Source: an uncultured Bacteroides sp.
Lineage (GTDB): Bacteria > Bacteroidota > Bacteroidia > Bacteroidales > GCA-2748055
Assembly: GCA_964467775.1 (NCBI GenBank)
Contig: CAYXUD010000008.1
Location: 20,951 to 84,950, forward strand
Direction of reading: 5' to 3'
Length of the DNA stretch: 64,000 bases
Shown piece after piece: positions 26,904 to 34,434 of the stretch. A model generated the notes under the pieces. That model saw only the letters and a program-made list of their open reading frames with translations, did not search any database and was not told where the DNA came from. Both the position numbers and the translations under genes were made by a program. Positions within the stretch are counted from its first letter, which is position 1. Each line of letters begins with the position of its first letter.

Positions 26904-27674
26904 ATGAATCCTAAAAAAAGCTTTCTAATTCAATGTGTTTTTGTATGGATATGCTTTCCAGTGATTTCATTCTGTCAAACAATACAGCCTGGATCATGGT
27001 CTGTCCCATCAGATGATGTGAAATATTATATCGGCCGGCAAACAAAAAATGATACAGTTCAAATCAGACCAATCAGAGGGTTAAGGATAAATGGCTCTTT
27101 TTCCTTTGGAACCGGAGGTGACAAACTTGAGGTTGGAGAAACAAGTGAAGGCGAAACCATCTGCTTACGTACAGGGGGAGGTACTGGAATGGCAATTACT
27201 CTGGGTTATACTTTTTTCTCCAGGGTAGATATTGACTTAACCGCTGGATACCAGCTTAATTGGATTCGGCCAGAATGTGATAATCTGGATGGTTATTTTT
27301 CCAGGGCACCCTTGCTCGTCACACTAAAATATTGTATACCCGTTAAGAATAATGCTTTCTTTAAACTTGGAGGTGGCTTAGGTTTCTATACTGCAGTCGA
27401 ATATGACCTTGATGGAAGTGAATCTTTTGGTTTGCATGAAATTGTAGAATATGATCATGCCGCTGGTTTTCATATTGCAGGTGAATATGAGATATTTTCC
27501 CCCGTTAAACCCTTCAGTTTCTTACTGGGGGTTAAGTACTATCATGTGACCTACCTCGCGAATTCTGTCACCAGCAATGGAAGTTCCTTGCCTTTTTCAG
27601 CGCTTCCTGATAAGATGCGTGAAATAAACGGGAGTGGATTTGATTTCAGGTTTGGAATTGGCTGGTATTTCTGA
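26904..27674 (+). CDS. hypothetical outer-membrane beta-barrel protein, AT-rich gene
   Basis: Track ORF trimmed to MNPKKSFLIQCVFVWICFPVISFCQ (signal peptide). It ends in FDFRFGIGWYF (aromatic beta-signal). Hand counts on two 60-nt lines give 38% and 42% GC, against 68% on a sampled line of the nearby amidase gene. Confidence 0.6.
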   Translation: MNPKKSFLIQCVFVWICFPVISFCQTIQPGSWSVPSDDVKYYIGRQTKNDTVQIRPIRGLRINGSFSFGTGGDKLEVGETSEGETICLRTGGGTGMAITLGYTFFSRVDIDLTAGYQLNWIRPECDNLDGYFSRAPLLVTLKYCIPVKNNAFFKLGGGLGFYTAVEYDLDGSESFGLHEIVEYDHAAGFHIAGEYEIFSPVKPFSFLLGVKYYHVTYLANSVTSNGSSLPFSALPDKMREINGSGFDFRFGIGWYF

Positions 27675-27822
27675 AATCAACCCAGGCCACTTTTGTATGA
27701 TGTTACCAAGAAGCCCCCGGTGACTCAAATGTTTCGCATTGTCGTGAGCTCGGCAACCGCGTTGTCCTGATTGTTAGTAAGATTGTTAGTAAAGGCAAAA
27801 AAACAGCTGCATTTTGAGTCAT

Positions 27823-27836
27823 GGAACTGCTGGATT
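27823..27836 (-). repeat. 14-nt direct duplicate of the tRNA-Val 3' end (AATCCAGCAGTTCC on the minus strand), att-like scar
   Basis: ggaactgctggatt occurs at 27823-27836 and again at 28025-28038, the latter inside the T-arm/acceptor 3' strand of the tRNA. Both copies are in the same orientation. Confidence 0.6.
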
Positions 27837-27981
27837 ACTCCCTCGCTCCGCTCGGTCGTGATCCAGGGATGGGGTGGACCACAACAAAACAGAAGCCCAT
27901 TTTTCGCTCCGCTTCAAATGGACCTGTGCTTTACTCGGACCCTTACATGAACTTGTTCATGACGGATCCTCATAAAGCCCT

Positions 27982-28020
27982 GAAGCCCGTCCAAAATGTG
28001 AACGGGCTTCTGTTTCGTTG
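27982..28020. terminator. hairpin immediately 3' of tRNA-Val (possible bidirectional terminator)
   Basis: GAAGCCCGT - 11 nt - ACGGGCTTC (9-bp stem). It is followed on the + strand by TGTTTCGTT and on the minus strand by AGGGCTTTAT. Confidence 0.5.
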
Positions 28021-28022
28021 TG

Positions 28023-28097
28023 TGGGAACTGCTGGATTCGAACCAGCGACCCCCTGCTTGTAAGGCAGGTGCTCTGAACCAAATGAGCTAAGCTCCC
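28023..28097 (-). tRNA. tRNA-Val (anticodon UAC)
   Basis: Minus strand reads GGGAGCTTAGCTCATTTGGTTCAGAGCACCTGCCTTACAAGCAGGGGGTCGCTGGTTCGAATCCAGCAGTTCCCA. It has a 7-bp acceptor stem, anticodon stem CCTGC/GCAGG with loop CTTACAA, and T-arm GGTTCGAATCC. CCA is not encoded. Confidence 0.9.
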
Positions 28098-28107
28098 ATT
28101 GGGGCTG

Positions 28108-28138
28108 CAAATATAGACCATCCCTGTGATTTCACAAA
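28108..28138 (-). promoter_or_regulatory. Bacteroidota-type promoter for tRNA-Val (-33 TTTG, 19-nt spacer, -7 TATATTTG)
   Basis: Minus strand reads TTTG-TGAAATCACAGGGATGGTC-TATATTTG. The -7 box ends 11 nt before the tRNA 5' end. Confidence 0.6.
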
Positions 28139-28158
28139 ATCAGGAAATCACTTTTTTT
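28126..28158 (+). terminator. canonical intrinsic-terminator-like hairpin on the + strand
   Basis: GTGATTTC - 10 nt - GAAATCAC followed by TTTTTTT. There is no + strand gene immediately upstream. It overlaps the tRNA promoter region and precedes the amidase gene. Confidence 0.5.
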
Positions 28159-28196
28159 GTGTATATTTCAATTCCCTATCACTTAAAGAGATAACG

Positions 28197-29912
28197 ATGT
28201 ATCATCCATTTTTTTCCTTCAGGAGGGCCGCCGTTTGCACCGGGGCCTTCCTGGGTGCACTGATCCTCTTCTCATGCAGCAAAAAAGAGAAAGAGGAGGC
28301 GGAGGGATCCCATGTGAAGGTGGTGATCGATTCCACCTATTATGCCATGAATCCCATGGACCTGCGGTTCGACAGCCTGGAGCAGGTGATGATCGACTCC
28401 GGGCTGGCCCAGCTGATCGATGATTACCGGATGATCCGGGCCTATGACCTTCCCTGCTCCACGCCCCCGGCACTGCAGTTCAATCCGCTGCCATCCGGGT
28501 TCCGTGTGCCGGAACCGAATCTCCGGAATGAATGGAAGATCCCTGAAGGCATCTCCAGGCCATCCTGGGAGCCCGACCTGGCCTACATGTCCATTTCTGA
28601 ACTGGCCTCGCTGCTCCGGTCGGGGGAGATCTCCTGCCTGGCGCTTACCCAGTTTTTCCTTGACCGGCTGAAGAGGTATGACCCGCAGCTGCACTGCGTG
28701 GTGACCCTCACGGAGGAGTATGCCATAACGCAGGCCAGGATGCTGGATGGTGAGCTGGCAGCCGGAAAGGACCGCGGTATCCTCCATGGCATCCCTTACG
28801 GGGCCAAGGACCTCTTCGCCTTTCCGGGATACCCCACCACCTGGGGGGCGGGTCCCTACAGGGAGCAGGTGCTGGATGAGACCGCGGGGGTGATCCGGAA
28901 ACTGGAGGAGGCGGGGGCCATCCTGGTGGCAAAGACCACCATGGGGGCGCTGGCCATGGGGGATGTATGGTTCGCCGATACCACGCGCAACCCCTGGAAC
29001 CCGGAGGAGGGGTCCAGCGGCTCTTCAGCCGGGTCGGCATCTGCCACCGCCGCCGGCCTGGTACCCTTTGCCATCGGTACGGAGACCTATGGTTCCATAG
29101 TATCTCCTTCAACGCGGTGCGGGACGACCGGACTGCGCCCCACCTACGGGAGGGTGACCCGGTCGGGGGCGATGGCCCTCAGCTGGAGCATGGACAAGGT
29201 GGGGCCCATCTGCCGGAGCGCCCTGGATTGCGCCATCGTGTTTGATGCGATCAGGGGCCCCGATCCAGAAGATGAGACCCTGATCGAAGCGGGATTTGAA
29301 TATCCCGGAAGGGTGGACCTGGCCGGCCTGAGGATCGGTTATTTTAAGAGCGCTTTTGACAGGGAATACGGGACCTCCCGTTTTGACAGGCAGACCCTCA
29401 GGGTCCTCCGGAGGCTGGGAGCGGAACTGATCCCGGTGGAGCTCGACAATGAGGAGATCCCGGTCGATGCACTCGGACTTATCCTGGAGGCTGAGGCTGC
29501 ATCCGCCTTTGACGAGCTGACCCGTTCGAACCGTGATACGCTGCTTGTCAGCCAGCACCGGTATGCCTGGCCCAATATATTCCGTACCGCCCGGTACATC
29601 ACCGCGGTGGAGTATATCCAGGCCAACCGCATCCGGTACGACCTGGTCCGGGATCTGCACGCAAGGCTGAAGGATTTTGATGTGGTGGTCACCCCGTCAC
29701 TTTACGGAGGCACCCAGCTGCTGGCCACCAACCTGACCGGCCAGCCGGTGGTTGTCGTGCCCAACGGGTTCAGGGAGAACGGATCGCCCACCAGCATCAG
29801 CTTCCTGGGGAACCTGTTCGATGAGGGGACCATCCTGGCCGTGGCCAGCGCCTACCAGGAGGCCACAGCCTTCCATAAGAAACGGCCCCCGCTTTTCGAT
29901 GGCCGGGACTGA
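28197..29912 (+). CDS. amidase-signature family amidase, lipoprotein
   Basis: 571 aa with lipobox LILFSC. Amidase-signature Gly/Ser-rich block EGSSGSSAGSASATAAGLVPFAIGTETYGSIVSPS and an upstream GAKDLF Lys block. Confidence 0.85.
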   Translation: MYHPFFSFRRAAVCTGAFLGALILFSCSKKEKEEAEGSHVKVVIDSTYYAMNPMDLRFDSLEQVMIDSGLAQLIDDYRMIRAYDLPCSTPPALQFNPLPSGFRVPEPNLRNEWKIPEGISRPSWEPDLAYMSISELASLLRSGEISCLALTQFFLDRLKRYDPQLHCVVTLTEEYAITQARMLDGELAAGKDRGILHGIPYGAKDLFAFPGYPTTWGAGPYREQVLDETAGVIRKLEEAGAILVAKTTMGALAMGDVWFADTTRNPWNPEEGSSGSSAGSASATAAGLVPFAIGTETYGSIVSPSTRCGTTGLRPTYGRVTRSGAMALSWSMDKVGPICRSALDCAIVFDAIRGPDPEDETLIEAGFEYPGRVDLAGLRIGYFKSAFDREYGTSRFDRQTLRVLRRLGAELIPVELDNEEIPVDALGLILEAEAASAFDELTRSNRDTLLVSQHRYAWPNIFRTARYITAVEYIQANRIRYDLVRDLHARLKDFDVVVTPSLYGGTQLLATNLTGQPVVVVPNGFRENGSPTSISFLGNLFDEGTILAVASAYQEATAFHKKRPPLFDGRD

Positions 29913-29992
29913 CTACGCCCAGGCTTTTCGATGGCCAGGAGTGACGGCAGGTGATTTTCAAATCCGGGCTGCCGGATTTCGGCCGGAAATAG

Positions 29993-30000
29993 TAATTTTG
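29993..30000 (+). promoter_or_regulatory. -7 promoter box TAATTTTG
   Basis: Exact TAnnTTTG match ending 5 nt before the ATG at 30005. This implies a very short or absent leader, or use of the ATG at 30014. Confidence 0.4.
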
Positions 30001-30004
30001 CGGA

Positions 30005-30619
30005 ATGAAACGAATGAAAACAGTTGATGCAAAAGGGCTGAACTGTCCCCGCCCCCTGATCATGCTGAAGGAGGCACTCCTGGAGACCGAACCGGGCGAG
30101 GAGATCACCGTGATCACCGATAACGAAACCTCCCTGAAGAACATTTTGACCTACCTGAAGGACCAGGGGGCCAACCCCGGGGTGAGCTCTGAAGGCAGGG
30201 TCCATACAGTTGTGACCAGGCGGCCGGGCAACCCCGTGAGTGACGCCGATCCTGCCAGCTATTGCGGGTCCGGGCCGGTCCCGAACGATTATGTAGTCTG
30301 CATCAACAGCGACCTGATGGGTGGAGGTGACCCGGAACTGGGTAAATTGCTGATGGAGACCTTCCTGGAAAACCTGAAGCTGCAGGACCATCTCCCCACC
30401 CACGTGGTGCTCTATAACGCCGGTGTTAAGCTGGCCATGAAAGGGTCCCCGGTCTGCGGTTCGCTTTCGGAGCTCGAGGAGCTGGGGTGCAGGGTCATGC
30501 TCTGCGGCACCTGCATTGACCACTACGGGCTGCAGTACGAGATTGGCGTGGGGATGATCTCCAACATGGTGACGATCACCGAGACCCTCGCCTCCGCCGG
30601 GCATGTAGTAAATCCCTGA
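30005..30619 (+). CDS. yedF: sulfurtransferase-like selenium metabolism protein YedF (TusA-like N-domain + DsrE-like C-domain)
   Basis: 204 aa. The TusA-type CPxP motif (GLNCPRPLIMLKEAL) and the C-terminal block MLCGTCIDHYGL. It sits immediately upstream of selD. Confidence 0.8.
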   Translation: MKRMKTVDAKGLNCPRPLIMLKEALLETEPGEEITVITDNETSLKNILTYLKDQGANPGVSSEGRVHTVVTRRPGNPVSDADPASYCGSGPVPNDYVVCINSDLMGGGDPELGKLLMETFLENLKLQDHLPTHVVLYNAGVKLAMKGSPVCGSLSELEELGCRVMLCGTCIDHYGLQYEIGVGMISNMVTITETLASAGHVVNP

Positions 30620-30637
30620 TCCCGGAAAACAGAACCT

Positions 30638-31684
30638 ATGGAGAGACCTTTCGACCTGCTATCTACCATAGAATACGGCGGATGTTCGGCCAAACTGCCG
30701 GCCGGCCTGCTTTCAGAGATGCTGAAGGACCTTCCTGTTTCGGATGATCCGAACCTGCTGGTGGATATCAACACCCATGATGATGCGGGGGTATACCGGA
30801 TCAGTGAGGATACAGCCCTGATCTTTACCACCGACTTCTTCCCCCCCATCTGCTCGGACCCCTTTGAATTCGGGGAGATCGCCGCAGCCAATGCCCTTTC
30901 AGATATCTATGCCATGGGCGGGACCCCCCTGGTGGCCCTGAACCTGATGATGTTCTCACAGGAGAAGGTCCCCATGGAGGTATTCGGGGAGATCCTCCGG
31001 GGGGGCGACAGGAAGGTGAGGGAAGCGGGTGCCCTGATCATCGGGGGGCACACCATTGACGACCATCCGCCTAAATACGGGCTGGCGGTGATCGGGACGG
31101 TACACCCCAAAAAACTGGTCACCAATGCAGGAGCCCGGCCTGGTGACCTCCTGGTCCTTACCAAGCCGATCGGGACCGGGGCCCTGGTATCCGGGCAGAA
31201 GAACGGGCTTGCAGACCCGGCGGAATACCGGGGAGCCCTTGAGCAGATGAAACTGCTCAATGCGGAGGGGGGCGCGGCAGCGGTGAAGTTCGGGGTCAGG
31301 GGAATGACCGACATTACGGGTTTCGGGCTGGCCGGCCACGCCCTGAAGATGGCCCAGGCCAGCAGGGTCAGCCTCAGGATCCAAACCCGGTCCATCCCGC
31401 TGCTCCCCGGGGCCTTCCGGGTCTTCGAGATGGGAAGCATTCCGGGGGCCACATTCCGGAACCTGGAGTTTACGGGCAGCGGGGCGCATTTCACAAGGGG
31501 GGTGGAATACTCCCTGAAGATGCTGGTCCATGATGCGCAGACCTCGGGCGGACTGCTGATGTCGGTACCGCCCGACCTGGCTGACGGGCTGGTGAGCGAA
31601 CTGAATGGTCCCGGCCCGGAGAGGGTGGCGGCCATCATTGGTGAGGTGCTGGAGGAGAGCCCCCGCCGGCTCTACTTTGAGTGA
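30638..31684 (+). CDS. selD: selenide, water dikinase (selenophosphate synthetase), Cys form
   Basis: 348 aa. N-terminal glycine-rich active-site loop YGGCSAKLP with Cys codon TGT at 30683-30685, and PurM/AIR-synthase-like blocks (DDAGVY, DFFPP, GGHTIDD). Confidence 0.9.
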   Translation: MERPFDLLSTIEYGGCSAKLPAGLLSEMLKDLPVSDDPNLLVDINTHDDAGVYRISEDTALIFTTDFFPPICSDPFEFGEIAAANALSDIYAMGGTPLVALNLMMFSQEKVPMEVFGEILRGGDRKVREAGALIIGGHTIDDHPPKYGLAVIGTVHPKKLVTNAGARPGDLLVLTKPIGTGALVSGQKNGLADPAEYRGALEQMKLLNAEGGAAAVKFGVRGMTDITGFGLAGHALKMAQASRVSLRIQTRSIPLLPGAFRVFEMGSIPGATFRNLEFTGSGAHFTRGVEYSLKMLVHDAQTSGGLLMSVPPDLADGLVSELNGPGPERVAAIIGEVLEESPRRLYFE

Positions 31685-31713
31685 CCCGTCTGGAAAATTG
31701 CTACCTTTGATCC

Positions 31714-32361
31714 ATGATCTACAAAGTCCAGCGAATCATCCTGCTCGTCTGTTACAGCATCACCGTGATGGTCCTTTCCATCCCACTGGCAAGGCTGTTA
31801 GCGCATCTTTTCCCCGACAACCTCTACCCGCTTGCTGCCACCCTGGTGCTTTACATGATCCTGGCGGTGGTGGCCGGAAGCCTCATACACACCATCAGCT
31901 ATATCCCCTTTCACCTGGCTGCATCCTTCGATCCCATCAAGAACGCCATTGCCTCAGGGGAGATCAGCGATATGGAGGAACTGGGCAGAAGGATCACGGA
32001 ATTCACCACCCGTTTTTTCGATTTTGCCTTCCTCGACATCGACCACGCCTTCCTGCATACCGAACAGACGGGGCCGGTCTCCCATGAGGAACTCTCCCCT
32101 GCCTACGGGGCCATCGGGGAGTTCGGATTGCCCGAAAAAAGCAGGCAGCAGAAAGAGGTGATGCGTGCAGGAAAGATCAGCCTGGGTAACAGGGAGTTCC
32201 ACCTCTATATCCTTCCCATCTGGTTTGGTGACCGGTGGCTGGGATACATGGGTCTTCTCACCCGAAGGCGCATCAGCCGCTTCTACCAGAAGTTCCTCAG
32301 CGAGTTTGAGAACAACTTCCTGGATGACCAGATTGCACATGTGATCCGGCGAAACGTATAA
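31714..32361 (+). CDS. hypothetical membrane protein (two N-terminal TM helices + soluble domain)
   Basis: 215 aa. TM helices IILLVCYSITVMVLSIPLA and LAATLVLYMILAVVAGSLI. No recognisable family. Gaps of 29 nt and 13 nt to the flanking genes. Confidence 0.5.
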   Translation: MIYKVQRIILLVCYSITVMVLSIPLARLLAHLFPDNLYPLAATLVLYMILAVVAGSLIHTISYIPFHLAASFDPIKNAIASGEISDMEELGRRITEFTTRFFDFAFLDIDHAFLHTEQTGPVSHEELSPAYGAIGEFGLPEKSRQQKEVMRAGKISLGNREFHLYILPIWFGDRWLGYMGLLTRRRISRFYQKFLSEFENNFLDDQIAHVIRRNV

Positions 32362-32374
32362 TTCCTGCAGATCC

Positions 32375-33538
32375 ATGCTCATTAAGTCCCTGTTCTCTCT
32401 TCTCCTGGTCATCATAAGCTGCATCATCATCTGGCGCTCCTCCCACGGATTCGAAGTGGCTTCCGATTTCCTCGGCCGGAAACTGCCCCCCGGGATCAAG
32501 GGTGCCACCCTCAATGCCATTGCCAGTTCCATGCCCGAGTTCCTGACCACCCTCTTCTTCCTTTTCTACCTGAGGGATGCGGAGGGCTTCTCAGGCGGAC
32601 TGGGAGTAACCTCCGGGAGTGCCCTGTTCAACCTGCTGATCATCCCGGCCCTGGCCGTACTGATGCTTTTTACCATGCGAAAGGGAAAAAAGGTCCGGCT
32701 CAACAAGCGTGTCCTGCTGCGCGAAGGCCTGGTGCTCCTGCTCTCCCAGGTGCTTTTTATCGGCTTCCTGTTCAGCGGGAGACTGAGGGCAGTGCACGGA
32801 CTCGGGCTGTTGGCCCTCTATGGCGGTTACCTGCTGCTGCTTTTCCTGATCACCAGGCGCAGGGGCATCAGTGACCCCGGATTTGACTCGCCGGTTCCGC
32901 GCCGGAGGCTCCATCCATGGCAAAGGGCCGCCACCCTGGATATCACCCACCTGGTACTCAACGGCAGGCCCATCAATACGGCCAGGGCATGGCTGATGCT
33001 TCTAAGCAGTACTGCCGTGATGACGCTGGGTACCTGGCTCCTGGTCCTGGGCACGGACCTCTTCGGAAAGGCCACTTCAATTCCCCTGATCTTCGTGGCG
33101 GTGGTACTTTCGGCCGCTGCCACCTCTGTCCCCGACACGATCATCTCCATCCGGGATGCACGAAAGGGTAATTATGACGATGCGGTCAGCAATGCATTGG
33201 GCAGCAACATCTTCGATATCGCCTTCGCGCTGGGATTGCCGCTTTTTCTCTACAGTATGGTGAACCGGGAGGGGATCGAACTGCCCGCCATGATCCTGGA
33301 CTTTACCCGGGAGGTGTGGGTCTTCCTGTTGCTGGCCACCATCCTTGCACTGGGGGTGATGCTGGCCGGGAAACACTTCAATCGCCTGAAGGCCTATCTC
33401 CTGTTCGGGATTTACGGAATATTCCTCCTGTTCGTCGGAACGCAGGTGAACAGTGGATTCTGGAATGAAATAGGGACCCCCATCAGGGACTTCCTGACCG
33501 GCGTGGCCGACTGGATCGGGGTACTCCTCCACCCCTAA
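32375..33538 (+). CDS. CaCA-family cation/Ca2+ exchanger (YrbG-like)
   Basis: 387 aa, polytopic. Alpha-repeat signatures GATLNAIASSMPEF and SAAATSVPDTIISI...NALGSNIFDIAFALGLP. Confidence 0.75.
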   Translation: MLIKSLFSLLLVIISCIIIWRSSHGFEVASDFLGRKLPPGIKGATLNAIASSMPEFLTTLFFLFYLRDAEGFSGGLGVTSGSALFNLLIIPALAVLMLFTMRKGKKVRLNKRVLLREGLVLLLSQVLFIGFLFSGRLRAVHGLGLLALYGGYLLLLFLITRRRGISDPGFDSPVPRRRLHPWQRAATLDITHLVLNGRPINTARAWLMLLSSTAVMTLGTWLLVLGTDLFGKATSIPLIFVAVVLSAAATSVPDTIISIRDARKGNYDDAVSNALGSNIFDIAFALGLPLFLYSMVNREGIELPAMILDFTREVWVFLLLATILALGVMLAGKHFNRLKAYLLFGIYGIFLLFVGTQVNSGFWNEIGTPIRDFLTGVADWIGVLLHP

Positions 33539-33921
33539 CAGAGCATTCCCTTCACTATCTCCACCACCCCGATATCCGCATCCAGCCAGTCTATTTCTTC
33601 CAGTTCACCGCAGGGGATCCAGCGGTACTCCTGGTGCTCGGAAAGGGAAATCGAACCTCCCTCCATGCTGCAGACAAGAGGGATCAGCCTGACCGGCCCG
33701 GTCCCGTACCGGTGGATTACCGGGGAAAGCTGACGGACCACCCTGACCCTTATCCCAAGCTCTTCCCGGATCTCGCGCCTGATACACGATGCAGGCGTCT
33801 CTCCCTCCTTTATTTTGCCGCCGGGAAACTCCCATTTATGGGCATGGGGCATGCGGGCGCTTCGCCGGGCAGCCAGCACCCGGTCCCTCTCCACGATCAC
33901 TGCACAGGTGACTTCGATCAT
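33535..33921 (-). CDS. Nudix hydrolase (MutT-like)
   Basis: Track ORF trimmed to MIEVTCAVIVERDRVL, which removes the overlap with the upstream gene. Nudix box GGKIKEGETPASCIRREIREELGI. Confidence 0.85.
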   Translation of the reverse strand: MIEVTCAVIVERDRVLAARRSARMPHAHKWEFPGGKIKEGETPASCIRREIREELGIRVRVVRQLSPVIHRYGTGPVRLIPLVCSMEGGSISLSEHQEYRWIPCGELEEIDWLDADIGVVEIVKGMLC

Positions 33922-33931
33922 CGGCCGGCGG

Positions 33932-34432
33932 TCAATGCCCTTGCTTTTTGGGATAATCCACGAAGGTGCCCCGGACATGCTCCCTGCCGATCCCCTTCCA
34001 GCTGTCACTCTCAAGGGTTACGATCACCACCCCCGCCGTGGGCAGGTTATCCAGTGGATCGTCCAGAAAAGTGTTGGCAAAGAGGGTGAAGGAGGGATTG
34101 TGCCCGAAGATGGCCAGGCTGCCTGCACTTCCGGGCGCGCGTTCGATGACCTGACCGATCTCAGGTGCGGAAGCCAGGTAAAGCTCATCATGGATCTGCA
34201 GGGAAGCCGGATCAAGTCCCCAGATCCTGGTCATGATCAGTGCTGTATGGACGGCCCTGTTGGCCGGGCTTGAGAATATCAGCTCCGGGACAAGTCCCAG
34301 CTCCATCAGCCTGCGGGCCATGGTTTCCGCTCCCCTGGTTCCGCGTTCAGCAAGCGGGCGGTCGATATCATCCAGTTCGTCGTTGTCCCAGCTGGACTTT
34401 CCATGACGGATGATGAAGAGTTTTCTTTCCAT
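33932..34432 (-). CDS. histidine phosphatase family protein (SixA-like)
   Basis: 166 aa. RHG motif at the N-terminus (LFIIRHGKSSW) and a later GHNP block. Confidence 0.8.
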   Translation of the reverse strand: MERKLFIIRHGKSSWDNDELDDIDRPLAERGTRGAETMARRLMELGLVPELIFSSPANRAVHTALIMTRIWGLDPASLQIHDELYLASAPEIGQVIERAPGSAGSLAIFGHNPSFTLFANTFLDDPLDNLPTAGVVIVTLESDSWKGIGREHVRGTFVDYPKKQGH

Positions 34433-34434
34433 GG

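Noticed and set aside
27821-28063. 80-aa ORF (MELLDYSLAPLG...) in the tRNA-proximal noncoding stretch.
   Set aside because: It runs straight through the tRNA-Val gene on the opposite strand and through terminator hairpins. It has no motifs.
30683-30685. Possibility that selD is itself a selenoprotein with an in-frame TGA.
   Set aside because: The active-site codon is TGT (Cys) within GGCSAK, and the ORF is uninterrupted.
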